DNA from: Ginglymostoma cirratum
Taxonomy: Eukaryota
DNA: 64,000 bases
NCBI GenBank assembly: GCA_024137785.1
Contig: JAHRHZ010000062.1
Coordinates: 34,222,207-34,286,206 of the forward strand
Reading direction: 5' to 3'
Part shown: one piece after another, positions 40,265-53,460 of the stretch
How positions within the stretch are numbered: the first letter of the stretch is position 1
Layout: every line of letters begins with the position of its first letter
Notes under the pieces: generated by a model
The model's database searches: none
Told to the model about the DNA's origin: nothing
The model's input: the letters and a program-made list of their open reading frames with translations, nothing else
Position numbers and translations under genes: made by a program

Positions 40265-40943
40265 TGATTGTAATACTGCTTGAAATGAAATTGGAATTAA
40301 TGGATGGTAGTTGTACTGTGACTCGACATGTATTGGAGTCTTCCCGTGTAGCCGTAGGAGTTTGCAGTGGTGGGGGTCTTGTGATAAGACCCAATGAAGT
40401 AGTCTGGGAGGGCAACTGCATTTTGTGAAACCTGAATTTTGTGCAACACCAACCCAGAGTTGTGCCTGAATGCAACCTGGACAGAATCGTACTCATTTTA
40501 TCCTGTAGACACTGATTCTAAGTGCTGTTTTGGAAAGGCCATACCTGGGATGTGGGACACAATACCAAATTTAGGGTGGTCCTGGATTGCGTTGTACACT
40601 GGTCTCCTGACCTAAGGCTATATCTGCCTTAGATAAAACCCAGAGCTATATAGATTGAGACCTATATTGACGTCTTGGGATTGAGATGATTTGCCTTCCA
40701 ACAACCACAAAAACAATTGTGCTGTATATGTTTCCAAACAGTTGAGAGATTTGTTCTGATTGCCACTGACCTAAGTTTTGCCAAGGCTGTTCGATGCCGC
40801 ACTGTGCCAAATGTTGCCTTGATGTCAAAGACAGCCACTGCCTTCATCTCTGGAAATCAGCTTTTTCTTTTATTCATGTTAGGACTAAGGCTTTGAGGTT
40901 AGGAGCTGAATGGTACTTGTGCAGCGCAAACTGAGCATCAGTG

Positions 40944-41930
40944 GTGTACCGCAAGGATCTGTTTTGGGGCCACTGCTGTTTGTCATTTTTATAAATGACC
41001 TGGATGAGGGTGTAGAAGGATGGGTTAGTAAATTTGCGGATGACACTAAAGTCGGAGTTGTGGATAGTGCGGAAGGATGTTGCAGGTTACAGAGGGACAA
41101 AGATAAGCTGCAGAGCTGGGCTGAGAGGTGGCAAATGGAGTTTAATGCGGAAAAGTGTGAGGTGATTCACCTTGGAAGGAGTAACAGGAATACAGAGTGC
41201 AGGGCTAATGGTAAGATTCTTGGTAGTGTGGACGAGCAGAGGGATCTCGGTGTCCATGTGCATAGATCCCTGAAAGTTGTCACCCAGGTTGATAGGGTTG
41301 TTAAGAAGGCGTACGGTGTGTTGGGTTTTATTGGTAGAGGGATTGAGTTTCGGAGCCGTGAGGTCATGTTGCAGCTGTACAAAACTCTCTGGTGCAGCTG
41401 CACTTGGAGTATTGCGTACAGTTCTGGTCACCGCATTATAGGAAGGATGTGGAAGTATTGGAAAGGGTGCAGAGGAGATTTACCAGGATGTTGCCTGGTA
41501 TGGACGGAAGGCCTTATGAGGAAAGGCTGAGGGACTTGAGGCTGTTTTCGTTAGAGACAAGAAGGTTAAGAGGTGACTTAATAAAGACATACAAGACGAT
41601 CAGCGGATTGGGTAGGGTGGACTGAGAGCCTTTTTCCTCGGATGGTGACGGCTAGCATGAGGGGACATAGCTTTAAATTGAGGGGTAACAGATGTAGGAC
41701 AGATGTCAGAGGTAGATTCTTTACTCGGAGAGTAGTAAGGGCATGGAATGCCTTGCCTGCAACAGTTGTAGACTCTCCAACTTTAAGGGCATTTTAAGTA
41801 GACGTTGGATAAACATATGGATGATAATGGAATAGTGTAGGTGAGATGGGCTTCAGATTGGTTTCACAGGTCGGCGCAACATCGAGGGCCGAAGGGCCTG
41901 TACTGTGCTGTAATATTCTATGTTCTGTGT
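40944..41930 (+). mobile_element. Relatively young 5'-truncated CR1 LINE nested in an older LINE fragment
   Basis: GVPQGSVLGPLLFVIFINDLDEG...KFADDTK RT motifs, a TTCTATG-type tail, and TCAGTG at both flanks (40938-40943 and 41931-41936). Confidence 0.93.
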
Positions 41931-42608
41931 TCAGTGAGCAGGTTATATCTATGTACATGCTGCTTGATAGCTAGAGGACACCTTCTGCCATCGTGCATAT
42001 GATTGATAAGGGGTTAATGGCACACGTGTTGGTTGGATTGGATTTGTACTGATTTTTGTGCATAGGACATGCCTGGACAATTTTGCACATTGTCAGATAA
42101 TACTCGCATTGTAGACTTACCTTTCCCAATGGTTCTCCAGAACTGAGTATCGTCAGGGCAGGAACCTTTTGTATATCTGATGCCAGGGTCGATGCTGAGA
42201 ATCTGCTTTCTCTGGGACTGAATTGCGGTTTCAGAATAAGGGGTAATTTATTTAGAACTGGGATGAGAAATTTCTTCAGAATTAGAATTCTCACCCCAGA
42301 AGCTTGTAGATGCTTAGTTAAATATTGTCAAGGTGAGGATCAAAAGATTGTTGGACAGAGGAAATCTAGGGATACGGGAATAGGCAAGAAAGTAGAGTTA
42401 AGGTAGATGATAAGCCGTGATATTAAATGGCAGAGCAAGTGGAAGGAACTACGTAGCCTACTCCTATTTCTTAAGTCAATCATTCTTAAGAAGCTGCTGT
42501 GGACTGAACACACTAAATGGCCTTATTTTATCCTGTAGACATTCTTTGATTCTGTTCTGTAAATAAAAACAAATGCTGTGTGAAAAATCTCTTGCCAGTT
42601 GCCAATAA

Positions 42609-42758
<150 letters not shown>

Positions 42759-43699
42759 TAAGCGAATTATTTTTAACCCGGTTAGAAGTACACAAATCAT
42801 TGAATTTCAGAGTAAATCAGTAGTGATTCTGCATCTAAGCCTAAAGTTTTCAATCAGTTGATGGTAACTCATTTTGGTGAAATACTCTTAGTTCGATCAC
42901 CACCCTTCAGACCTTGTCTCTAGATTAATAAATAGAAATAAGATGCCTCCAAATGTAGTTTTAAAGTAAGTAGTGAATTAGGTTGCATTTTCTGAGGCTC
43001 ATCAGAAGTCGTTCTCTTAATACATCATTACTGTAAAATGCAAGTCTGATCAAAGGGTCTGTGCTAACTCTAATGCAACCAGCATGCTGAAGATACCAAC
43101 TTTTCAATCAATGAAAATAAGCACTGAAATGCTAGTAGGGTGGTCAGGTGGCTGTATATAACTGCCCCTGGTCTCCTAATATTTTTAATCTGCACTAAGT
43201 CTTGAATCACTATCCAGTGACGAGAGAAATATCCATCAGTACTACATGTAGCCACTTATCTCACCCAGGCAAGTTGGGAAATGACCTGTGAAAGGCAGAA
43301 TGCTAAGTGAAAACAGCAGGTAAGTACCTAGTATCAATTTTTAAATGCTTTGCCCAGCAACTGAATGGAGTTCTCCATTCAAATTCACACATCCCCAGTG
43401 AAATCTGGAACTGAGAAATAACAGCTGGATGGGATCCTGAACCAAGAGGTCATTTTTAGGGAATTTAGTTTACAAACGCACCTGATCCTGCCTGGAAAAA
43501 TTCTATCCATAATGTCTGAAATGCTTTGAAAATATCAGTTGCCATGTCTCTTGGTTATAACTTGCAGGTCAAACCCAAAAATAAAAAAAAAAACGAACTT
43601 TAACTTTGAGAGAAAATTTGATATCAGTTGTTGCAGAATAAATAATCTGTCACAGGCTAGTTTCTCACCCAAAAAACCTGATTTGTTGTTTTGGGACAG

Positions 43700-43806
43700 C
43701 TCCATTTCATCAGAGTTTACAATGCTGAAATCCAGGATGAATTTGATGACTTAAACGACGATCAGATAGCAAAAATGGAAGACCAAATGCTAGAAGAAAT
43801 AAACAG
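43700..43806 (+). CDS. CHKA: CHKA exon 10 (LHFIRVYNAEIQDEFDDLNDDQIAKMEDQMLEEINR)
   Basis: gacag| acceptor, AG|gtaaat donor, 107 nt, frame continuous. Confidence 0.94.
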
Positions 43807-45758
43807 GTAAATATTCTGATTAAAGATAAAATCATTTCTAAATCTCCCTTTATTCTTTGTTCAATACTTGCACAAATGGTGAAGTGCAGCCTGCTTATCA
43901 TGAACTTGTAAATTAAAACCAAATTTCAAAGTGAAAAAACACCCCAGTGAATCACTTAACAAATCATTGGATATCATAATAGACTTGCTATCCATTTATT
44001 TAACACCTCTGTGCTGTGGAACCATTGGTAATGGGCAACATTTGCCGAGCCAACAGCCTGATTGAGGTTTCCACATCACGGCCTAGCAGCCGGTTCCACC
44101 ATGTGCCTAATCTCATGTTCATGCTCCAGAGGTCCATACTGTTTGCTGTCTCACTTGCCTTTCCTCTCCAACTGCACACATTTCCCTGAATTAACATTCA
44201 CCCCTGTTTGTCTAGAATGACTGTACAATGGTCTTTTGAATGTACTGCCTATTTTTAATATTTTGGAAAAAGAATTAGGCAAGTCAAGCAGCATTAAAGA
44301 ATGTCTTTGGCCATTTGCTGACCCAGTTGTCTATTTTTCACATACAGATGTAATGACATGTTTTGACATTGAGACAGCTGCATTCTTTCAGCTCTTTACT
44401 CCATGTCTTTTCATGCATGTTTCAATACTATATCCTCAGGCAAGCAGGAGAAGGCCACGAGGCCTGTTGAAGCTTATCTGCCATTCAACTAGATCGTAGC
44501 TAATTTTGTACTTTAAAGCCATTTTCCTGCACTAATCCCATAAACCTTGATTTGTTTAATGAACAGAAGTCTACTTATCTGCCTTGAATATTCTCAATGA
44601 TTGACCCTCCAAATTCCTGTGGGATAGAGAATTAAATGAATCACTTCCTTCTGAGCGAAGAAATTCTTTATTACCTCAGTCCTAAATGGCCTGTCTCTTT
44701 GAGATTGTTTCCTTGTTCCAGACACAATCCCCAGTCAGGGATTAAACAACCTGTCTGCATCTACCTTGTTGAGCCCTGTAAGAATTTTGTATGTTTCGAT
44801 TAGATCACCTCTCTCTCTCCCCTACTGTAGGGTTGGGACATGAGAGAATATAGACCTGGCTTTCCTCAAATGGTAGTGCTACCTGATCAGGGTCCCTACC
44901 CTTCCTCACTGAGAATTTGCATCAGCTGTATTTTTCAAGTCAATGAATGGGGAATTTGGGTGTTATCCCATCATTGATGTTCTAGCATTTAATGTTCCAA
45001 GCGATTGTTTTTTTTATTTTAGTTGCCCGAAATACAGTTGCAAATCTTAAAATATAGATTAAATATATTTCTGAGCTTGTGGCCTTCTGAAATGACTGCT
45101 GCCACATATGGGTAGTTTATTTTTAGGGGGCTGCACTACTTGTAAGTAACTACAGTATAAAATTTCATATTACCGGCCATCTGAGTGAGAGCTACAAGTG
45201 CAACTGATAATGGAATCTTGAATAAGATCAGTGTACTGATGACTTTGTGTGCTAATAATGCGCTGCTAGAAATATGATCTAAAAACTTGCCTAATTAGCT
45301 CTGGACTTCAAGGACTTCTTGTTCAAGTACCTTTTGGCTAGATACACAATGAAGCTCCTTCGTCAATAACACATTAAGTCAGCTACCAAAAAGAAGTCTG
45401 AAATTCTGCACTGAATATTTATATTCTCTACCTACTTGTCCCTCAGTGTTCCAGTTTTTAAATTCAGTGGCAGTTGTGTTCAGTTATGGTCAACTTTGAT
45501 GTGCCAGTCAATTAGGAGGTGCTCTGCAGTTGTATAAGAGCATTGCAATTAATAACTTGTATTTATATGGCACCTTTCATATAACTAGATAAGCCTCAAT
45601 GCTTCACAAGAGCATTCTAAAAGTGTGAAACTGAACTACCCCAAGGAGATTAGGTAGCGTAAGCAAAAGATTCAAAAAAGTGGTGTGCTTTAAGAAGTGT
45701 GTTCAGATGAGTTAGGTAGAGAGGCAAAGGGGTGTAATGAAGGGAATTCAAGAGTTTA

Positions 45759-45962
45759 GAGATAATAGGTGCTGCAGATGCTGGAGAATCCGAGATAACA
45801 AGGTGTGGAGCTGGATGAACACAGCAGGCCGAGCAGGAAATCTTGACGTTTCGGGCCTAGACCCTTCATCAGAAATCTGATGATTTCTGATCCCTGATGA
45901 AGGGTCTAGGCCCGAAACGTCAAGCTTTCCTGCTCCTATGATGCTGCTCGGCCTGATGTGTT
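45759..45962. mobile_element. Penelope family A pLTR-only palindromic element
   Basis: Two pLTR pieces in inverted orientation with a perfect 31-bp inverted repeat (45842-45872 / 45894-45924). Confidence 0.85.
45894..45921 (+). ncRNA. Minimal type I hammerhead-ribozyme-like motif
   Basis: CTGATGA-A-GGGTCTAGGCCC-GAAA-CGTC: conserved core, stem II GGGT/GCCC, and a palindromic ACGT in place of stem III. Confidence 0.6.
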
Positions 45963-47732
45963 TGTACAGGACTTCTGGATCCTGGTCCTAACCATCATTT
46001 TGAAAAGTTTGCAGATTTGGAAGGTACTGTCAAAAGAGCCTCAGCAGTTCCTACAGTGTATCTTGTAAGTGGTACATACTGCTACCACTGAGAGTCAGTG
46101 ATCTTGAAGTGAATATTTAAAGGATAGATGAGTTTTAAACCAGGGACCTGCTTCCTCCTGGACAGTATTGATCTTTTTGTGTGTTCTTAGTTACCCATGG
46201 TGAAGCAATAATAATTGGGAATGCATAAGAGTCCAGAACTAGAGAGCGCAGACAACTCTAGGATTGTGAGATAGATTATAAATAAGGATGAGGCAAGGAA
46301 GTGGAGGGATTTGTAACCAAATGTGAAACTTGAAAATCAAGTTACTGCATGTCTGGGAACCAGTGTCTGTCAGTAATCCCAACCGATAAGGGAATGGGAA
46401 TTGTGGTGAATTAAAACACTGGCAAGTAGAGTTTTGGATAACCTCCAGTTTATAGAATAGAACATGGGAGACTGTGGTTACATTCTTGGATACATTTGAG
46501 TCCAGTGTAACAGGCATAGATAAGGGTTTCAATGGCAGATAAGGTGAGACAGAGTAACCTTGGAAATTGTGATGGTGTGAATAGGAGGTTGGAAGTTTAT
46601 CTCCAGATTTAAATGTGACACCAGGGTTGTGAATGGACTAACTTAATCTGAATATTGTTACCAGGGAGTGAGATGGAGTCAGTGTAAAGGAATGGAGTTA
46701 CAGTGGAAGAGACAAAGACCAGGATTTTTAGGTCAGAATCGGGGTTCAGTGGTCTATAGTTGGATGAACTGGCCTCCATGCCTGTTTGCTGCCTCAGTCC
46801 TAACCCTAAACTATTTTCAGTGAAGTGTGGCTTGGGGACAGGTCAGCAAGCGGCCAGCTCAAGCCCAATTCTGGTAAGTTGTAGGCAGCCCACATTGGCC
46901 TGGATGACATCTGATTCTGAAGGATCACATGAAGGATCCTTCCCTAACGGAGGCATTACAGCCACCAGGCCTTACCTGCGGCTGGCCATCTCGTGGATGC
47001 ATTGCCCCTCCAGGATCCTGGCCAAGCAACTATGGCTTTTTCAAAAGTAAAGATCGACCTCGCTTCACTTGTTCCTGCACAGCAGCTTGTACTTCAGCAA
47101 TTGGGACTGCTGATCACTTAATGTGCACAGAGCCTCCTGTTGACTTGGGTACGTTCCTGCTGCTCCAAACAGTATGAAAGGTTTAGTTATATTCTCCTGA
47201 GTAAAAAGTTCTTCAAATTTTTTTGATTACAAGTGGTTTCAAAATACAAAATATCTCCAATGCTGTAATGGAAGCACAAGGAGAATAGGGTATAAGGAGT
47301 TATATCTCAGGCAGCAATAACATAAAGCCACTGCTGCAGGTTAGAAGCTTCCGTCATATCAGCCAGAATATTGAAAGTGATTTTAGTAACTTGTAAGTGA
47401 TTTTTTAACTACATAAAGCATTACTAATAAGAACTGGGATTTTAGTTATACTACATTTGACCATTTTAGTCATGTCATTTGTTTAGCAAATAAGCTGTTT
47501 CTAGGAAACCAAGTGCTTTCTTCTCAAGATAAGTGTACATCTGCTTTTGAAGTAAATTTGTGGACATGGCTTTGACTAATTTCCTTAAATTGTAAAGTGA
47601 GGGTAATGAGTCTATATAGCACAATATTTTATCAACTTGGTGGCAAGTGAAATGGCATATCATGATCTTTTGCAGTCCCGTATATGACTACATTGTGGTT
47701 CTCACAAAAGCTAATCTGTCATGATATAGTAA

Positions 47733-47873
<141 letters not shown>

Positions 47874-48040
47874 TAATGGCTAAATCTTTAAAAAGAAAAC
47901 ATGGCATTCATTTACTTTTGTGCAGTCACATCAAAATGGTAGTGGTTTTCTTCTTGGAATGAAGCATTTTTCTCAGCAGAGAATACAAATAAAACATTTT
48001 TGTTATGGAATTCTTTTAAATTGTAAATTTTCTTCTGCAG

Positions 48041-48100
48041 GATTATGCATTGGCAAGATTTGAAGCATACTTTGAACAGAAGAAGCAGCTAGATGTTTGA
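48041..48100 (+). CDS. CHKA: CHKA last coding exon 12 (DYALARFEAYFEQKKQLDV*)
   Basis: ttctgcag| acceptor; TGA stop at 48098-48100 followed by a second in-frame TGA. Confidence 0.97.
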   Translation, partial: DYALARFEAYFEQKKQLDV

Positions 48101-50570
48101 TGATTAGTCAACATATGGGAAGAGCTAGTGAAGTAAATGTGAAGTAAAAGACGAAGACACAAGAAAAGTTTAAGTGGCAGAGCCAGCTATGGAAAACCAC
48201 AGCAGTATTCAGCAGAGATATGAACTGTGTGTGGATTTGTTTCATGTGGTAGAAGTTTAGAAATTGATGGTCTGTTTTTTTAAAAAAAATTACAGCCTGT
48301 TTACTGTTTCAGGACTTGCGTTATGGATAAAACTTTGAAAAATGTAGTAATGTAACATTAATCTGGTACAAAGCTGCTAATTAATTCCCTGAAATAGATT
48401 AGTATTAGGTAGATATTTAGTGAACAATTAAGTTGTGTATATCAAAATACTTCTCCAGCTGGAAAATGTGACCTACTTGTCAGTTTAAAATGCTTTTTTT
48501 TTGTTGGCAAAACAGCCTTTAGATAAGTAACATAAGAGAAGAGTTGACTTAAACTCTGAAGTACTTGCCTAGAAATCTATATTAAGGGGCAGATTATACA
48601 TTGTTTTACATATAATGTGAAAATCAGTAATGCTACTGAAGCCAAGTTTAAATGTACAATTCAGTATGATTCTGCTATATTAATAATCACACTAGTGAAA
48701 GAATATTGGGATGAAGCGGTTTTGATACAAAAAAACCAATACCTGAGCCAGACAGGGTAACAGACCCAAGGCCCTTTTGATGATGGACCAGTTAGCATGG
48801 CTGGCTGATGGGACCTAAAGGGATAGAACTATCACTGGGGAGACTGGAATCTTCCCAGTTATTTTCAGATAACCTTGGAATAAGTTATTCTGAGGATATG
48901 CAACTAGGATTGTTTCTCAACAACCAGTGCTGGTATCTGCACATTGTTAGCAAACTGAACTCCAGGAATATTGTTACACACACTGATAATCTCTTTCTTA
49001 GCGGATGCCAACCTGTGCCTATATTTGTTTTGATCTTCTATGGAGTTGCCATTATAAGGAGAAAGTGTGCACTCCACATCTGGCATAGATAGGTATAATG
49101 TGCATTTCTCAATAGATTGATATGGAGAAATAAGTATGATGGTTCCTGACCTGTCAGATATCCAGCTGATGTCCTAAACTACGATTATTTTATAACATTG
49201 CATTGGATTTATGATATATTTTGTTTAATGTATGTCATTATGTAGTTAAGCCTCTGCTTTTGACAAAATACAAGTGCGTTAGTGTTGTTCTCATGCTGAA
49301 TAACAAATATAGAATAAGCAAGGTAATGCTTTAGTTGGTAACAAGAGTTGCAAGTTTTGAACTTGTATTATTTGTATGCAGCTCTCTGAAATGAATTAGC
49401 ATAAGTACTGTTCTAAAACAAAAGCTGTCAAAGGTGAAATTCAGTTTCTGCAACAAAATGTGCAATGGAAGATTAATTCTTCTTCATATATCCTGCTTAG
49501 TTTTCCTTTTCCATTCAAGTCGAAGTAAGTTGAGCAGGATATATAATGGATGGCCAATTTTCTACCACATATTCTGCTCTCTTGCTGAAGCTGAATTTTG
49601 GGTTCAGTAGTTCATTTCCTAAACTTTTTTTCTGAACAGACCTGTTCCGAGTTTCATTTGTAATTTTTAGTTTCCAGGAAAACTGCATTGTGAATTTAAA
49701 GTTGCTGTACATGAGGTAGAAAACAGTGACAAATATTTATTCATGATTTTTGTATTGCATATTCTGTAACTCAATTGATGTGCACGCATGTAGGCAAATA
49801 AGCCAGCACCTGAGCCATTTGCTTTGTCTTGTTGAACATGTATATTGTGTAAATAATGATTGAGTTCTAATATTAAGACCAAAGCCAGAACTGTTTGGAA
49901 CGAGGTACTTTGCAAATTTAGTTTCTGTTGATATTGACACTACTTTTTCAAGTATCTTCACAATATTAAGGCTGCCACTAACATACAAGTTAATTTGTGC
50001 AAATGTTTGTATTTTTTCTGTAGGTGATGCACAGTAAATTACTTGGCTTTGATTCATCATAGCAGTTACCATGTCTGATCCCAGTAAGGCAGTTAAAAGC
50101 CAGTGTCCACTAAAGTTCAAATTCCTATTGTAACAACTATGTTTAAAGTCCTGTATAAAGCTGGTTCCAAGTCCAGAAAAAGCTAATAACATGCATGGAA
50201 ATGTACTAAAATATTACATTTTGAGTAGCAGTGATTTGATTCTTGGTGCAAAGGTTGCACCATTTCTGACAATAACCAATATTTAATACAGTACTGGGAA
50301 GGTGCATGGCTACGTTTAACGGTGATCTTTCTGTAAGACAGAGTAATTGCACTTGTGGAATTGCAGTATAAACAATCAGAATCATCCTTGTGTTGGGAAT
50401 TAATTTCTTTACTGTAACAAATGTGATGGATGCTTTTAAATATTAATGCAGTGATGTGGTGCATTGTTATGTTGATGCCAAATCAGTTGTATTTTTGTAA
50501 AATGTCACTGTGTATGCACAGTTTATGTACTGACATAAAATTTTTATTAAAACTTTTTCCCTAGTGGCGT
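48101..50570 (+). other. CHKA: Probable CHKA 3' UTR (~2.4 kb; end inferred)
   Basis: AT-rich, largely repeat-poor sequence after the stop codon, ending in a TGTA-rich block with ATTAAA at 50546-50551. Confidence 0.55.
50546..50551 (+). terminator. Candidate polyadenylation signal ATTAAA
   Basis: Variant hexamer preceded by several TGTA elements and U-rich sequence. Confidence 0.5.
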
Positions 50571-51496
50571 GAAGCAATACGAGTTGAACAATAGTTCTAA
50601 GGGGCTAAAGATGGCCATCAGTTCCCATCAGATTAATGGAAAATTTTATTTGCTAATATTTATGTCTTGTGCTGTGATTAGTGAGTTTACTTTCATTGCT
50701 GTGCACTGAATACAAACTCACTGCCCTTTCCTGCTGTTTAGAATTTATCATTCCAATAACTCAATGGAAGGTATCATATTTCCAACATCTTTCAGCAGTT
50801 TTGCTGGGGCTGTTCTGAAATGGGAAATGTGAACAAAGCTAACAAAATAAAATAACTGAAATATAGTTCCTTTCTGAGACCATGGCAATTTTTAAATGCA
50901 AAATAACTAATTTTTTTACCAGGTTTAAAAGCTATAACTTTCAGACCATTTTGTTCCTTGTGCTTTTTTATTTTTGTTGTCAAGTGGGTTATCATCTTGG
51001 GGAAGGAACTCTAAACAATTTTTTGTCTTAAAGCAATTTGTCTTCTGGGTTGGTTCAAATATTTTCTCAAGACTGAGACAACTAGTTAATAAACAAGTGT
51101 CCAAAATCAAAGTGAACACACAGTTAAATGAACAGCAATTTCCTTTTGTTGGCTACTAGAGGTGGATACACCCAACAGGGTCCTTGGTCAAAGCACACGG
51201 ACAAAATATTTTCATGGTTTTGATCTCAGAAAAATGAGCTTAAAAGCTCACTGAAGCTGATTTGTGGCAGACAGGAAATTCAGTCTCAAGTTCTTTTAAT
51301 CTGGATTTTCTTTTAAATAAAAGAAAAATCCATTCACATTAAAAACGTGGTCAGAAAGGTTTATTGGGAATTATTCATTTAGTCTTTATTACCGTAATGA
51401 CAGCCAAAAACAAAATTAAAATGTTCTGATTTAAATCCTTTTGTGTCTGTCAAACAATGAGGGAATGTATGTGGAGAAGGTCACTGTCTTTTGTAA

Positions 51497-51945
51497 CAGA
51501 AGGAAGAAAATTGCAGCACAGGAACAGGCCCTTTGGCCCTCCAAGCCTGCACCGACATGCTGCCTGTCACAACTAAAACCCCCTACCTTTCCGGGGAACA
51601 TATCCCCCTCTTCCCATCCTATTCATGTATTTGTCAAAACGCCCTTTAAAAGTCTCTGTAGTATCTGCTTCTGCTTCCGCTTCCACTACCTACCCCGGCA
51701 GCAAGTTCCAGGCACCCACCACCCTCTGTGTTTTTAAACAAAAAATAAACTGCTTCCTACATCACCTTTAAACCTTGCCCCTTGCATCTTAAACCCATGG
51801 CCCCAGGTAACTGACTCTTCCACCCTGGAAAAAAAGCTTCTGACTGTCCAGTATGTCCATGTCCATGTCTGCCGACCTCTCGGGTTCCCCCTCAACTTCT
51901 GTCATTCCAGTGTGAATAACCCAAGTTTCTGCAACCCCTCCTCTA
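51497..51945 (-). mobile_element. CR1 3' fragment
   Basis: CAGCACAGGAACAGGCCCTTTGGCCC 3' UTR and TTCCAGGCACCCACCACCCTCTG (reverse complement encodes an RVVGAW motif). Confidence 0.75.
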
Positions 51946-53174
51946 ATGATTTTTGTAGTACTGAGGGGTAATATGGGGGTGAGTTTTAAGGGGCCAGTAG
52001 AGCTGTAGATATTGGGTAAAATTCCTGGCACATTGGATTGGGAATACATGAGACCTGGATGATTTTGGAAGGGAGCAAGAAAAACTCCATGCAGCTATTG
52101 GGAAGCTATCCAAATGGATAATTGACACCAGGAATGTAGAATTCCAAAAATTACTGAATGGAGGAATTCCTGTAAGACTGAAAAATCTTCAGCATTGTTC
52201 TGCGATTTTTCCCATGCACCAACCAAAGTTAATATCTGCTGCATTTACCCTATTAAAATTTCTATTAAAGTACATCCCACTTTACCCATGCATTTTGGCA
52301 TTATAAACGTGGTGGATGAGTTCCCTAAGCTCTGCATCTTGGTGGGGTGCAACAGGTGACTGCAATGTATGCAGTGTTTGTGATTTTTGAAGGCTGAAGT
52401 TGGTAAGCTAATGGTTAACCAGTGAATGGCCTATGCTGGACAGGATCACTTTTGTCATGAAATAATTTGAGGCCATTGCAGTTTTTGTGGACTTGTTTTC
52501 AAATGTCACTGAAAAGTGCAATGCCTTGGTACAAAGGGACTGGGTAGACAGCTGTGGCTTCAAGGATGGACTTAGCCCAGCAGAAGGTTAAGAGTGAGCT
52601 TCCTGAAGTTGTCAGAGCAATAGTGCATTGAAGTACTATTCTGGAAGCAGACTTCCTCAAATCCTGCTAGTTATGCATGGTCCATATCAACTTTATTCAC
52701 CCATATCTCCAGTGAATCTCCTGTAGATACTATATCCAGGATATCACAAGACTGTTATCCAGGTCACCAGTGCCTGGTTTGCTATTGTCAAGACCCTCCA
52801 TGGATGAGTACTGTGTTCAATGTCTAGATTTCCATAGCTTCAGCAGATGATTTCCCCCTCTATATAACCATATCTACCAATAAATACATTCGTGAGTCAG
52901 AAACACTTCCACCACCTTAATGTGCAGTTATTCTGTGATCGTCCTGCATGCTGGTGTCAGGAAACCAGGAATTTCCATGCTGATGCTACTCTTTTACAAT
53001 TAGACCTTCCACTGATGTTTTCTCCAGTGAAGACTGTGACTCCTGGGAGACAACATGAATGACCCCAGGAATTGACACCAACACTGAGCTACAGGAACCT
53101 TCTTCCCAGGCTAATGACACAGCTGTTAGCATGCTTAACATAAAGTTCTAATGACTGACTTGCTAATTTTCAAG

Positions 53175-53460
53175 AAGGAAAGATTTGCATTTATGTAGTG
53201 CTTTCCAAAGTCACGAGACAGGTCAAGTGTTTTACAGCCAATGGACTACTTTGCATGTTATCACCGTTGTAATGCAGCAGCCAATTTACACAGCAAGACC
53301 CCTGCAACAGCAATCTTGTAACAAACAGAACCTTCTTTCTGATGTTAGTTTGGGGATAAACTTTAGCCTGGACACCAGGAATATGTCTTATGCATTGTTA
53401 AATAGTGCTATTTATATTTGTTTGAACAAGCTTTGTTTTGATATCTCATCCAAAAGACAA
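53175..53460 (-). mobile_element. DeuSINE, degenerate
   Basis: Reverse complement of the same tail (GATTTGCATTTATGTAGTGCTTT...TTTACAGCCAAT). Confidence 0.65.

Larger units (their letters stand above)
45545..46720 (-). mobile_element. Old L2-like LINE fragment hosting later insertions
   Basis: L2-type tail ACTTGTATTTATATGGCACCTTT at the left end and a purine-rich degenerate body; related + strand fragment at ~23840-24570. Confidence 0.5.

Noticed and set aside
40910-41625. 206-aa and 77-aa ORFs with RT motifs
   Set aside because: Truncated CR1 reverse transcriptase with a frameshift and a stop.
49737-50192. 151-aa antisense ORF in the 3' UTR
   Set aside because: No recognisable domain, splice structure or coding signature; probably chance.
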